The position numbers were made by a program, and so were the translations under genes. From a virus (lineage: Duplodnaviria; Caudoviricetes), in IMG/VR virus record IMGVR_UViG_3300029787_000057, positions 1-56,332 of that record: DNA of 56,332 bases. One strand, given 5' to 3'. The notes under the pieces were generated by a model, which had not been told where the DNA came from, made no database searches, and worked only from the letters and a program-made list of their open reading frames with translations. How positions within the stretch are numbered: position 1 is the stretch's first letter; the number at the start of each line of letters is the position of its first letter. Of the stretch, positions 26,397 to 35,933 are shown piece by piece.

Positions 26397-26904
26397 CTTT
26401 TAAACTCCTTTCGTAAACGACATACGATCTTTCGTACCCGTCTTGCTGTAACCACTTCCAGAAACCAAGCCTTGCAGTGGCCTCGATGCCATCACAATCA
26501 TTATCAACAGCCCAGTCTGTAAGCCTTTGTAACATATCCCAAACCCAATCGTTAAACCTCTGACCGCCAAGAAACTGTATACACAGCATCTTCTTGCTTG
26601 GATACATAACAAGCTCAGTAGTTCCGACTCCATCTATTTGATTTTCTGAATCAAAAGCCAGCCATAGTTGTTGGCTGTTGTTTGATATGGACTGCAACAG
26701 AGAGTCCATATTCCATCTGCCCTTAGACCTAACAACCGCTTTTACCAAGTGATGCTCTATCTCAGGCCAAAGTGTTTGTACATAATTTGCAGGAACTAAA
26801 GTAATAGTGTGAGTGATCTCTCTGGGAGCATCCTTTCTGCGAACCTTATGTTCTCTTGATACGTCCCTAAACTTGACTTGATCTATCTCTAATACTTGCT
26901 TCAT
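26389..26904 (-). CDS. Putative GNAT-like protein preceding the ejection genes
   Basis: QLW, FLGG, W....C..IE...R.G.W....GY pattern; T7 gp13-like position. Confidence 0.55.
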   Translation of the reverse strand: MKQVLEIDQVKFRDVSREHKVRRKDAPREITHTITLVPANYVQTLWPEIEHHLVKAVVRSKGRWNMDSLLQSISNNSQQLWLAFDSENQIDGVGTTELVMYPSKKMLCIQFLGGQRFNDWVWDMLQRLTDWAVDNDCDGIEATARLGFWKWLQQDGYERSYVVYERSLKDG

Positions 26905-28841
26905 GCGGGAAGCATACCTCCCATCTTGGCTGATATTGCGTCAGGCTGTTTAGTAGTGCCTGTTTTATCCATTCTAACTCTGTCTAGCATACCATCTAGT
27001 TGCTCCACACCAGAGTCTGTACTGCCATCTCCTATTGAAGAAACGACATCTGCTGGCACCACATACTCACCGGGAGATAGTGCCACTGGTTGCTGACCGG
27101 CTATCGTGCCTCCAACCATATCATCCATTCCTCCCCCCTCTCCGACAATCTCACCCTCAGTCTGAGGCTCTGATTCTGATACGGCAGCTAGAGCTTCTTG
27201 TCTTAGCTGTTGGAAAGCTTCAACTCCATACTCATCAACAAATCTAGATATAACTATGTCTGACTCGTCTTGAGATAGTCTTCCTAGCACAGCCATGATC
27301 GTTTGATCTATAAGAGCATCAGCAGAACGCACCTCTCCACCTTCCTGCATACCACCCTCAAAGTCATAAACATCGGTGTAGTCCCTATCTCTTTTTCTTC
27401 CTTTTCTTGGGATCTTTTGCTCTGTGACTCGCATACCCATTTCTTGTATGTTGCCCATCGGCATATCTTCGCTGATCATGCCATCGGTCAAACCAGCTAA
27501 ACCAGCAAACTCACCAATATCAAAAGGAATGTTATCCAAGAAGTTATCAGGCAAATCAATAGGCGGTGTTGTGCTGGGAGCATCAGGGGCATCAGGTGTG
27601 GCCTCTGTTGTTTTTTGTCTGAAATACATAATCTCTGGATCTATGCCGGGACGATAACCTTTTAACTCTTCTGGTGTTATTACTTCCGGCCCTCTTAGCT
27701 GGGCTTGTCTAGATGCAGCAGATCCGGGGCCAAACCTAATGTTACTCATGGTGTCTGCAAAAGGAGGGGCAGCAGTTGTCGTTGTGGTGGTGGTAGTTCT
27801 TGATCTACCGCCCATCCTCATGCCTACAGGCTCAGTGCCGATCATTGCTGCTTCTTGCAAAGCTCTTTGATAATAATCTGGGTTAACCGAAACGATACCG
27901 CCCTCTGCATAACTAGGATCGTAAGCAGTGTATGGATTGTTACCACCAGATAAATCTAATCCATAGTCCTGACCAGCCAACCCAATAGAAGTGCCTAGTA
28001 TTTCTTCTGCTCTTCTTCCTTGTTCTTCTTGATCTCTTTCGTACTGCCTAGCTATTCTTTCTTGCTGTTTCATGGCATCCATTTGTGCTCTTTGCCCTTC
28101 TCCTACAGCGACAGGAACGATAGAACTGGCACTCATGAGCTGCTTTCCAACCGCTCCGGGGTTAGTAGCCATAGCCTTTAATCTTCCACCAAAATTTAGA
28201 TCTCGTAAGCTTTGACCATAAGCGGATTGAGTGTCTGCTAATGTTCTGGTGGCTTCATCTAATGCAGCTTGTTTAGCTAAAGATTCTTTACCATAAAGGC
28301 TTTTAAGTATCGGGTCTTGTCCTATGTTTGCAGCAGCAGCATCCTTTGCAGCAGCTCCAGCAACCTTAGTAGCTTCAGTAACGCCTTCTTTGGCAGCATC
28401 AACGGCAGCAACAGATTCTGTAACTCCTTTTGCCGCATCTAATCCCGCGCCAAGTGCTTTACCTATGCCGAATCCTGTAAGCCCACTAACAAGCCCTTCT
28501 TTTAAATCACCAGTCAATGCAGTGGTTGCAAGCCCAGAACCTATCGCTCCAGCGGCAGCAGAACTCAATCCAGCAGCACCCAACACTCCTGCACCGGCAC
28601 CAGTCAATGCAGCAGATCCGAGCATACTACCGATTATAGGTGCCAAAAACGGTAAAAACGCTTCTGGTTGCCCTGTCATTGGGTTAGTGGTCAGACCACC
28701 CGGAACCAAAGATGCTATACCTTGAACCTCCGCTGGGTTCATGTGAACAAGCATACTGTCTCCGTACCTTCCATACTGAGCCATCTGATTTGCAACACCC
28801 TGTAATGGTGCTGCTTGCATTTGACCGTTTACATAATTCAT
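26901..28841 (-). CDS. Internal virion protein
   Basis: GR.GD..LVH...E and NP.TG.PE.F N-domain; G/A-rich hydrophobic segment; C-terminal G.GGGMDD...LS.GEYVVPADVV. Confidence 0.7.
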   Translation of the reverse strand: MNYVNGQMQAAPLQGVANQMAQYGRYGDSMLVHMNPAEVQGIASLVPGGLTTNPMTGQPEAFLPFLAPIIGSMLGSAALTGAGAGVLGAAGLSSAAAGAIGSGLATTALTGDLKEGLVSGLTGFGIGKALGAGLDAAKGVTESVAAVDAAKEGVTEATKVAGAAAKDAAAANIGQDPILKSLYGKESLAKQAALDEATRTLADTQSAYGQSLRDLNFGGRLKAMATNPGAVGKQLMSASSIVPVAVGEGQRAQMDAMKQQERIARQYERDQEEQGRRAEEILGTSIGLAGQDYGLDLSGGNNPYTAYDPSYAEGGIVSVNPDYYQRALQEAAMIGTEPVGMRMGGRSRTTTTTTTTAAPPFADTMSNIRFGPGSAASRQAQLRGPEVITPEELKGYRPGIDPEIMYFRQKTTEATPDAPDAPSTTPPIDLPDNFLDNIPFDIGEFAGLAGLTDGMISEDMPMGNIQEMGMRVTEQKIPRKGRKRDRDYTDVYDFEGGMQEGGEVRSADALIDQTIMAVLGRLSQDESDIVISRFVDEYGVEAFQQLRQEALAAVSESEPQTEGEIVGEGGGMDDMVGGTIAGQQPVALSPGEYVVPADVVSSIGDGSTDSGVEQLDGMLDRVRMDKTGTTKQPDAISAKMGGMLPA

Positions 28842-29170
28842 TAACTTGTCTCCACCCCGAATAGGTTAAAACTAACATTTGCTGCGCTTGCGTATACCTT
28901 GACCACATCTGTTTGAGCTAAACAAATACCAATAACCACTGTCCTGCTCGTGGTTGCTGCTAGGTCTTCATCGTAAAATATAAACTGTTTGTCATCTGCT
29001 CCAGCCCCAGCAACATGAATACTTACTCGGAACGTAATTCCAGAACCGCTTCTATTGCAGATCACAAGTGAACTGACAGTTGTTTGTGTCAGATTGGGAA
29101 CCGTGTAAAGAGTAGTAGTCGTTGTAGCCGAAACATCAACCTGACCCAAAACTTTTATAACATCTGTCAT
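28841..29170 (-). CDS. Virion structural protein (TTLYTVP type)
   Basis: Beta-rich, T/V-rich, tail module position. Confidence 0.65.
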   Translation of the reverse strand: MTDVIKVLGQVDVSATTTTTLYTVPNLTQTTVSSLVICNRSGSGITFRVSIHVAGAGADDKQFIFYDEDLAATTSRTVVIGICLAQTDVVKVYASAANVSFNLFGVETS

Positions 29171-29367
29171 GAAGCACCCATGAGAAGAAACTGAAACCTT
29201 CTCATTGCCAGAGATCCCTCTTTATCACCCTGAGTTTTAGCTAGAACTACATCGTTTTCTATCTGATCTAGGGTCAACTCTATAGTTCTTCTGTTTATTG
29301 CTTCTGCTCTTGCATCGTATTCAGGAGGAGGAACAGGTAATGGTGTTGATCTTGTCTGTGTGCTCAT
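29167..29367 (-). CDS. Small virion protein (P.PP.EYD type)
   Basis: Coupled ORF after the stabilisation protein. Confidence 0.65.
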   Translation of the reverse strand: MSTQTRSTPLPVPPPEYDARAEAINRRTIELTLDQIENDVVLAKTQGDKEGSLAMRRFQFLLMGAS

Positions 29368-31214
29368 CTTCTTCCATCCGCTTTAACATCAAATCTTAGA
29401 TCACCAAGTCTCCATCCATAACCTAACCCTGCGCTCTCCACCCTAACTATTTGATGCCTAGCCCTAGCCCTAACATGGTTCTGAGTAGAGGATGATGTAA
29501 TCGTTGAGGTTGATAAGGTTGTTGCTGATTGCAACGGAAAGTCTTTTCCTTTCAACGTCATACTGATCGAGGCATCGCTTGTGGCACCCGTAAACGCAAA
29601 GTCAGGCAAGATGCGCTTGATCATCATAAATCTTTCGCCTTCTTGAACCTCAAGATCTCCACTCTCGACAAAAGCATTCATCGCTGATCCATCATCATCA
29701 AATCCATTTTCATGGTAGTAGAGATAATTATTGTTACTTGTGGTAACAACAGATGTAGCCATAGGAAAGTTTTGCGTTCCAACGCCTTGCCAAGCCGCTC
29801 TCTCTAGGGTTCCCACAGACCAAAGATTCTCTGCGTAATTATAGCTAACGTAGTTTGTTATCTCTGTAGCCCCACTTCCTACTGGATAGAACCACATAAC
29901 CTCAGAGAATGCGTTGTTTTCTGCTGCAAAGACTTTAAATGCTTGACCCACATTCAAGTTAGAAAATACAAACTCTTTTACTGAGCAAGGCAACGGTTGG
30001 ACAGATCCGTTATAAACGTAGAATCCACCCTTATCCATGAAGTAAACAGACCCTCTTGCGTTAACAGCAGCATTAGGGCTGATCATTGATATGTCAGTGC
30101 TGACTGTTTGAATCTGGAATGTAAACGGCGCACCGACAAATCGCATTGAATGCAAGCTTACATCTGTAAACACCAGTATCTCTTGTCTTCCTTGAACAGC
30201 ACCAATAATCTGTGATCCAGAGTTTATCCTTATGCCGCCAGCAGTATTTGTTGCTGTAGGAGTCCAGTCAGTTGCGTTTTCTTGATCAGAGAATCTAATA
30301 AACAAAGGGTCTATTTGACTAGAACCAATCGGATTAACACCAAAAGCTATAACGTGCTGATCTATATCGCTCGTCATAATCTGCAAAGCTATTGTGGGCT
30401 GATCTGATCCGCTAAGACTTGTAATATTTACAGCCCTTGCTCCTGTGCCACCAGACTCATCCCAAAAGAATATGCCTCCACCTCTAGCATTGAAAAGTAA
30501 ATCTTCTCCGAAGTTGTCTTGGCTAAACAGTCGTAACTGTCCGGCAGCAGATATACTACTCGCACTACCCCAAGCAGACATTCCGTATGATCCAGCACCC
30601 CAACCAGTGCCTTCTAAAAAGTCATTCAATCCTGTGTTGATCTGGTAGGCACCAACAGTTGAGCTACCACCATTACCCGTATCGCTACTGTTTGCTGTGA
30701 CCGTGGTTCCGCTCGTGTCTTTAGCAGTGAACTCGTAGGTGTTAACCGTAGGAACAGCAGTAATCTGATACTCCTGATTTAACACAGCAGCAGTAACATT
30801 TCCTCCTAAAGAAGCTGCTCCAGAAAACGTAACAAAATCATTTACTACGGCACCATGAGATGTATCTGTAGCAGTGATCGTACTTGATCCGTTAGTGGCA
30901 GCAAATGTTACATCACCAGCGGATGTTGTGGATCTGATCGGAGTAACATCATTGAAGCTATTACCCTCTACCACATAAAACTTTAGATGAGTTCCAAGGC
31001 CGATATACCTAATTGACTCTAACGATGCCCAGTCATGTATTGATCGGCAAACGCCTAAAAATGATGTCTCAGAATATTTAACCCAACCGCCTATCTTTTC
31101 CGGCCTTCCTTGCCTAAACCTTATCTTGTCGGCATCAAACCAACCCGCATCAGCAGAGTATTCTGTTCCCTCTTTGTTTACACCGGGAGCAAACTTTATC
31201 TTGCTAAGTGGCAT
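29364..31214 (-). CDS. Tail tubular/nozzle (P22 gp10-like DNA stabilisation) protein
   Basis: PG.N.E.T, RFR.G.PEKIGGW, RFSDQE...W, EV.WFYP, YNY.EN.W, WRLG..R.D...DGRR. Confidence 0.8.
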   Translation of the reverse strand: MPLSKIKFAPGVNKEGTEYSADAGWFDADKIRFRQGRPEKIGGWVKYSETSFLGVCRSIHDWASLESIRYIGLGTHLKFYVVEGNSFNDVTPIRSTTSAGDVTFAATNGSSTITATDTSHGAVVNDFVTFSGAASLGGNVTAAVLNQEYQITAVPTVNTYEFTAKDTSGTTVTANSSDTGNGGSSTVGAYQINTGLNDFLEGTGWGAGSYGMSAWGSASSISAAGQLRLFSQDNFGEDLLFNARGGGIFFWDESGGTGARAVNITSLSGSDQPTIALQIMTSDIDQHVIAFGVNPIGSSQIDPLFIRFSDQENATDWTPTATNTAGGIRINSGSQIIGAVQGRQEILVFTDVSLHSMRFVGAPFTFQIQTVSTDISMISPNAAVNARGSVYFMDKGGFYVYNGSVQPLPCSVKEFVFSNLNVGQAFKVFAAENNAFSEVMWFYPVGSGATEITNYVSYNYAENLWSVGTLERAAWQGVGTQNFPMATSVVTTSNNNYLYYHENGFDDDGSAMNAFVESGDLEVQEGERFMMIKRILPDFAFTGATSDASISMTLKGKDFPLQSATTLSTSTITSSSTQNHVRARARHQIVRVESAGLGYGWRLGDLRFDVKADGRR

Positions 31215-31216
31215 TG

Positions 31217-32698
31217 TTAACCTCTACCTCTCGCGCCTCTTCTGCCTCCCTTTCTCTTTTTCTTGGGCTGCTGTTTCTTTCTTGTCTTTGGTTTTGTCTC
31301 AACTTGTTGCGTATTAGGCTTTGGAGGAGTAACTGCTGCTGTAGAAATAGCGGGTATTTCTTTTGTTCTTGTTGGAATAGCTTGAGTTATAGACTTCCTA
31401 CCTTTTATTGGCGTAGGGAGGGCAACGTCTGGTTCAGGCTGTATTACTGCAACCCTTCTTCTAATTGCATCCAGATCTATCTCTGGGATAACCGTGGGTT
31501 CTTGAAGGTCTCCTCTAGGAATACTACTTGGAGCACCGAACATTCCACCGATTACACTCGCAAGACCTCCTTTACCCGTATTGCCAAATGTCGCATTTGC
31601 TAATCCAGCAACTGATCCAGAGGCAGGAGCCATACCCTGCTCACCCCTTTGAGAAACAATATCTCCAAAAAATCCGCTCGTTGGTATATTACCTTGTGCT
31701 GCAATCATGTCAGCCTCGCTAGGCATTGGAGGTCTTACAACTGGTGGAGGCGGTGGGGGGATTGTCCCACGACCCGCAGTGTCGGGCCTACCTACACCAA
31801 TTAAAGAGCCTATACCAGTTTCAGGAGGTGGAACAAAAGGTATAAAGTCTTCACCCGGAACTTGCGGTCTAATATCATCAACAAAACCACCCGTCATAGG
31901 TGGCTCTATAGGATTCATCACTACGCCACCAGCAGGAAGAACGCCTCCCGGCCCACCTTTATCACCACCCATGCCGACAGACGGCCTGACTGATCCCATA
32001 ATCTCTTCTTTTGTAGGCATCACTACTTCACCAGAAGCGATCCTTGCAGCAACATCAGCAGCGGCCTGTTCAGCAGCGGTTTGCTGTGCCGTTTGTTGAG
32101 TCGCAGTGGCTTCAGTATCTGTTTGAGCTTGAGCTTCAGCAGCGGCCTGTTCTTGAGCAATCTTTTTTGCTTCAGCAGCAGCGGCTGCTTGTTCAGCAGC
32201 TATCCTAGCGGCCTCTTGTTCTTGAGCTATTCTTGCAGCTTCAGCGGCAGCAGCTTGTTCAGCGGCTATACGATCTGCTTCTGCTTTTGCGGCTGCTTCA
32301 GCAGCTTGTTGTTGAGCCGCAGCTTGAGCTTCTGCCTGTCTTAATAGTTCTGCTTGATTGGTTCTGTAATCAGATGCTGCCTGAGTTACATCTCCGGCAG
32401 TGAAGGTTTGAAACCCTCCACCTGTAAATGGATTAGTGCCAGCAAGAGCATTTGTAGAAACAGGGGCTTGAGGAGAAAGTAAAGCCCCTGCTTGGGGTGC
32501 CATCATAGGATTTTGCCCACCTAACAGCGAACCTATCCCAGAAGGAACCCCGTAATTTGGATTTCTTGATAAAGCTGGCATTCCCTGCATTTGACCGTAG
32601 CCGAAGGGAACAGGGGGAGGAGTATAGCTGGGCTGGGGTGTTAAGTTTAACGGCCCAGCCATACCCATTGGGAGCTGATTTGGATCGCCTATAGCCAT
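31217..32698 (-). CDS. Low-complexity P/G/A/Q-rich protein with central coiled coil and basic tail
   Basis: RIA(A/Q)EQAAA repeats; KR-rich C-terminus; start MAIGD coupled after the lysozyme. Confidence 0.7.
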   Translation of the reverse strand: MAIGDPNQLPMGMAGPLNLTPQPSYTPPPVPFGYGQMQGMPALSRNPNYGVPSGIGSLLGGQNPMMAPQAGALLSPQAPVSTNALAGTNPFTGGGFQTFTAGDVTQAASDYRTNQAELLRQAEAQAAAQQQAAEAAAKAEADRIAAEQAAAAEAARIAQEQEAARIAAEQAAAAAEAKKIAQEQAAAEAQAQTDTEATATQQTAQQTAAEQAAADVAARIASGEVVMPTKEEIMGSVRPSVGMGGDKGGPGGVLPAGGVVMNPIEPPMTGGFVDDIRPQVPGEDFIPFVPPPETGIGSLIGVGRPDTAGRGTIPPPPPPVVRPPMPSEADMIAAQGNIPTSGFFGDIVSQRGEQGMAPASGSVAGLANATFGNTGKGGLASVIGGMFGAPSSIPRGDLQEPTVIPEIDLDAIRRRVAVIQPEPDVALPTPIKGRKSITQAIPTRTKEIPAISTAAVTPPKPNTQQVETKPKTRKKQQPKKKRKGGRRGARGRG

Positions 32699-32700
32699 TA

Positions 32701-33144
32701 TTACACATCCTCCCAAGGTTTGCCTTCAAAAAGAAGAGCTTCTGCCTCTCTTCTTCTAATAAGACCATCTAAAACTTTACCGCCAGCCATGTTCCAACGC
32801 TTAATCTGCTCTGGAACACCTTTGTAATTTTCGTCGTTAAGCACTTTTAGTAATGTGCTTGAAGACAATGCGCCCCATCCCAAATTAAAAGTCCATGAAA
32901 CAAGCGAATCAAACTGATTTTGCGTGAGATCAACTTCAACCAACCTAGAAACCGCACCCTCAAAACTCTCTAAATCGTCTTTTAGAAACTCTTCTGCTTC
33001 TTCAGAAGTGCAAGTGTCACCATCTTTTACATCTTTGGTATGACCATAACCGATTGTTTGAACGCCACCAGAGCAGATATAAGAGGACAGCTCACAGCCT
33101 TCAAACTTTTTTATAAGAGCTATACCCTCTTTGCTGGTTTCCAT
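32701..33144 (-). CDS. Endolysin, GH24 lysozyme
   Basis: IKKFEG..L..Y.C..G..TIGYGHT, NQFD.LVS..FN.G, RW..AGG.VL.GL.RRR.AE; an upstream in-frame ATG near 33234 is possible. Confidence 0.95.
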   Translation of the reverse strand: METSKEGIALIKKFEGCELSSYICSGGVQTIGYGHTKDVKDGDTCTSEEAEEFLKDDLESFEGAVSRLVEVDLTQNQFDSLVSWTFNLGWGALSSSTLLKVLNDENYKGVPEQIKRWNMAGGKVLDGLIRRREAEALLFEGKPWEDV

Positions 33145-33236
33145 TTGTTTTTCCTTTTTTTCTGGAGTAGCGGTGAGTATGTTTAGTTGCGGTATACAGA
33201 TTAACTTACTTAATCGCCTGTATGCGCTCCACATAG

Positions 33237-33626
33237 TCACTTCTCTCTGCTCACTCCTTGTACTTTTTCGTATGATCTCATAGCTCCAAGCCCCAACATA
33301 CCCATCATTACTGGAACAAGTAGCGTTGTGTCTATCTCTGGCACCTCTACCCAGATGCCAAGTATGTTTGAAAGAATCGTATTGTATAAAAGACCCAGCG
33401 CACACACCCAACCAATACAGGGTCTCCATCCGCTAACAAATATACTGTGGTGCGCCGCCTCGACCTTGTTTACATCTAACTGACCTTTGGCAAGCTCTTG
33501 TGCATGACGCTCTGCCATCGTCGCAATCTCATGAGCCAAAGCGTTCTTTTGATCTTTGTCCTCGATGACTTTATCAAGCAGCTTCGTAGCTGGCTCTATC
33601 AAAGAGCTAAGTATGCTCACGCCCAA
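33237..33626 (-). CDS. Holin (3TM, GTA-holin-like)
   Basis: N..EA.H.S.FVSGWRP.IGWVC, MLGLGA.RS.EK..G; adjacent to the lysozyme. Confidence 0.85.
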   Translation of the reverse strand: MGVSILSSLIEPATKLLDKVIEDKDQKNALAHEIATMAERHAQELAKGQLDVNKVEAAHHSIFVSGWRPCIGWVCALGLLYNTILSNILGIWVEVPEIDTTLLVPVMMGMLGLGAMRSYEKVQGVSREK

Positions 33627-33997
33627 ACCTTAGTCTTCTTACCGCCATAATACTCAACAGCATGGCCTGTTTTAATCATAAGATTGCAAATATCTAAACC
33701 AGTCTCTGAGTAAATAATCCCCAGTATCCTGCCAAACTTTCCTCTACCCATAGAGGCTACTGTAAATGTGTTGCGGCATTGCTGTGTCAGAAATTCTTTA
33801 GCTGCCAAGCCAAGCACTTTTTCAGCTTTGTTGCGGGTGCGGGACTCCGGCGTATCTATGCCATACAACCTAACTCTTTGATTTCTAAGCCACACATCAA
33901 AACCTAGATCAATATCTATATCAATCGTATCACCGTCTACAACCTTTACCAGAGTGCATTTGTAATTGTAGACTTCTTTTTCTTTTGCTTTTGGCAC
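33617..33997 (-). CDS. Thermonuclease (SNase-like)
   Basis: VVDGDT.D, RVRL.GIDTPESRT, GKFGRILG, GHAV.Y.GG. Confidence 0.9.
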   Translation of the reverse strand: MPKAKEKEVYNYKCTLVKVVDGDTIDIDIDLGFDVWLRNQRVRLYGIDTPESRTRNKAEKVLGLAAKEFLTQQCRNTFTVASMGRGKFGRILGIIYSETGLDICNLMIKTGHAVEYYGGKKTKVWA

Positions 33998-34320
33998 TAC
34001 GGCCTCCTGCTCATATACGCAGTTGCACCGAAATACAAACCGACAATAGAGGCTTGAGATAAAAACAACATATCACTTAGCGCAGCAATAGTGTCAAGGC
34101 GACTGTCTGGGACAAAAGGAGCAAGAGGCAACAAAGCAAAACAGCACATAGAAACCATCGCAGTCCATGCCATTTTTCTTTGTGAGTCTGCTTTTTCTTC
34201 TTGAAGCTCAAGTTGTAACATCTCCTGATGGCGCGATATTTCTTGATCGCTGACTACTCCATCACCATCTGCATCATACTCTGCATATCTAGACTTTGGC
34301 TCCAGTTTTTTAGGAGTCAT
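33997..34320 (-). CDS. Membrane protein with EF-hand-like DADGDG loop (holin-like)
   Basis: DADGDGVVS + two TM segments ending YFG. Confidence 0.7.
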   Translation of the reverse strand: MTPKKLEPKSRYAEYDADGDGVVSDQEISRHQEMLQLELQEEKADSQRKMAWTAMVSMCCFALLPLAPFVPDSRLDTIAALSDMLFLSQASIVGLYFGATAYMSRRP

Positions 34321-34519
34321 CTTTTTTGCCTTGATCTCTAGCTAAATATCCAGATATCACACCGATAAATCCAACGATTGCATTTTGTGCCAAGACAATA
34401 ACCGACTCATCAGGCGGTTTGTTTTCTTTAACGCTAATGTAAAAGTCACCAATAATAATAATTCCAAGCAAAACGAACAAACCAACAACCATTGTGTAAA
34501 TCATATTAGCATTTGTCAT
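34310..34519 (-). CDS. Small two-TM membrane protein
   Basis: Two hydrophobic helices. Confidence 0.7.
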   Translation of the reverse strand: MTNANMIYTMVVGLFVLLGIIIIGDFYISVKENKPPDESVIVLAQNAIVGFIGVISGYLARDQGKKDDS

Positions 34520-34740
34520 ACAGTCACCATGATTTGCTGTCCCGTTGCTTTTGGCGTTGTATAACTAAAAGCTCCGTTTTTGTAGGTATAAACCTTAGAG
34601 TCGTAGTAAGTTGTTACTACTTCACTCTTCCGATTAGTCTCCCTGACTTGCAACCTTTCTACTTCAATTTTATGTATCTGATGCTTTGCATTAGGTGGTT
34701 GCACTTGAACACTGTTTGGGAAAGGCGGTATGTCAGTCAT
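34516..34740 (-). CDS. Hypothetical protein (MTDIPPFP...)
   Basis: Coupled ORF in the lysis region. Confidence 0.6.
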   Translation of the reverse strand: MTDIPPFPNSVQVQPPNAKHQIHKIEVERLQVRETNRKSEVVTTYYDSKVYTYKNGAFSYTTPKATGQQIMVTV

Positions 34741-34996
34741 CTTTCTTTTTAATAGTTGGGTCTCGAAAAATGTACCTGCCTTTTCCCGCTTCACTTTGAG
34801 GGATAAGCCTTACCTCACAATACGCATCAAATTTATTCGTTCCCCTACCAACAACATAGTTGTGGATATGGGTAGATTGATTAACTAAGGCATCACGATA
34901 CTCAAGGCAGCTAGTTAATTCTTGGAATGCAAGCTCGACACCAGTTTTGTTCCCACCCGCATCGAGCATCACCAGAATAAAAATCATTAATGTCAT
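34733..34996 (-). CDS. Hypothetical protein with N-terminal hydrophobic segment and two Cys
   Basis: Coupled ORF. Confidence 0.65.
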   Translation of the reverse strand: MTLMIFILVMLDAGGNKTGVELAFQELTSCLEYRDALVNQSTHIHNYVVGRGTNKFDAYCEVRLIPQSEAGKGRYIFRDPTIKKKDD

Positions 34997-35445
34997 ATGC
35001 GTCTTTTCTTTTTTATGGCTTGGGTTTTCTCAGCCTGTGGAGCAACAAGCTCCCAAGTCAACATTTCAACGTCAACCTGATGAGCCGTACCAAGAACTCT
35101 TGGCATACTGTTTCTAACGTAAATCATTGCGCCATAACCACATTGTCGGTGATTAAACTTCAACCACTCCATTGCAACTGTGCGCCGATATGCTGGAGGT
35201 TGAACTAACTGAAGGTTGTTCCACTCCCTTAAATCACAAAATAGATTAGGGCTTTCGGGATCGTAGTTTACTGCTTCTGAAGCATTATCTGGATCAACTG
35301 AGCCAGCTTCTCGTCCGTTGACTTCAGAGTCTCCTGTTGTTGACTCAGGCTGTCCACCACCGCTTTTATCTGCGTCTGATTGACTGCCGACAGTTGCCCG
35401 TTGGCTACCGCCTTCTCCGCTGTCTCCTTTACCACTTGCTCGATT
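34993..35445 (-). CDS. Open frame without a start codon until 35172; probable -1 frameshift extension of the 35268-35573 gene
   Basis: 150 sense codons; stop coupled (ATGA) to the next gene; fills an otherwise empty 270 bp gap. Confidence 0.55.
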   Translation of the reverse strand, partial: NRASGKGDSGEGGSQRATVGSQSDADKSGGGQPESTTGDSEVNGREAGSVDPDNASEAVNYDPESPNLFCDLREWNNLQLVQPPAYRRTVAMEWLKFNHRQCGYGAMIYVRNSMPRVLGTAHQVDVEMLTWELVAPQAEKTQAIKKKRRI

Positions 35446-35573
35446 CTAGCCACCTCCGAACTGGTAGCTTGCGCCTGTGCTTGCATAGATCCCCATGCTA
35501 TTGCTCCAGATATAGCAGCAGCAGCTACAGGCAATGCCCATGTAGGGACTTTAATTGAAGTGCCTTCACTCAT
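35268..35573 (-). CDS. Membrane-anchored coiled-coil protein (lysis region)
   Basis: N-terminal TM, Q-rich coil. Confidence 0.75.
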   Translation of the reverse strand: MSEGTSIKVPTWALPVAAAAISGAIAWGSMQAQAQATSSEVARIEQVVKETAEKAVANGQLSAVNQTQIKAVVDSLSQQQETLKSTDEKLAQLIQIMLQKQ

Positions 35574-35574
35574 C

Positions 35575-35763
35575 CTAAGCTCCTAAAAACTGGGGAACCA
35601 AAAGACTCCCTATGATTAAAATAATAACGCCCCATAACATTCGCTCAATACGATCAAACCGTCTTGATCCATCAGCTAATCTTTCTTCAATTCTTTCATA
35701 ACGAAGAGCACACTCTCTTTCATGCGTGTTTATCTCTTGCAAAGCTTCGTCTGCCTTATCCAC
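35575..35763 (-). CDS. Small coiled-coil + TM protein (HERECA.RY; XhlA-like)
   Basis: Coil followed by C-terminal TM. Confidence 0.7.
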   Translation of the reverse strand: MDKADEALQEINTHERECALRYERIEERLADGSRRFDRIERMLWGVIILIIGSLLVPQFLGA

Positions 35764-35765
35764 TG

Positions 35766-35933
35766 CTACGCTTTATCTTTTGCTTTGCCAATAGTTAAAG
35801 ACATATACTCTATGATTGGGTAAACATACTTACCCATAAAGACATCATCTTTAGGTGTTGGGGTAGCAGCCGTGACAGCACTCGCTAGGGTAACAACGGT
35901 AGTTACAAGGGTCCAAATTTCCATTAAGTCCAT
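35766..35933 (-). CDS. Small membrane protein (TPTPKDD type, holin-like; not in ORF track)
   Basis: 55 aa MDLMEIWTLVTTVVTLASAVTAATPTPKDD...GKAKDKA; TAATG coupling. Confidence 0.75.
   Translation of the reverse strand: MDLMEIWTLVTTVVTLASAVTAATPTPKDDVFMGKYVYPIIEYMSLTIGKAKDKA

Noticed and set aside
32701-33429. 242-aa lysozyme as given in the ORF track
   Set aside because: The N-terminal part overlaps the holin in another frame; the GH24 domain starts near METSKEG (33144)
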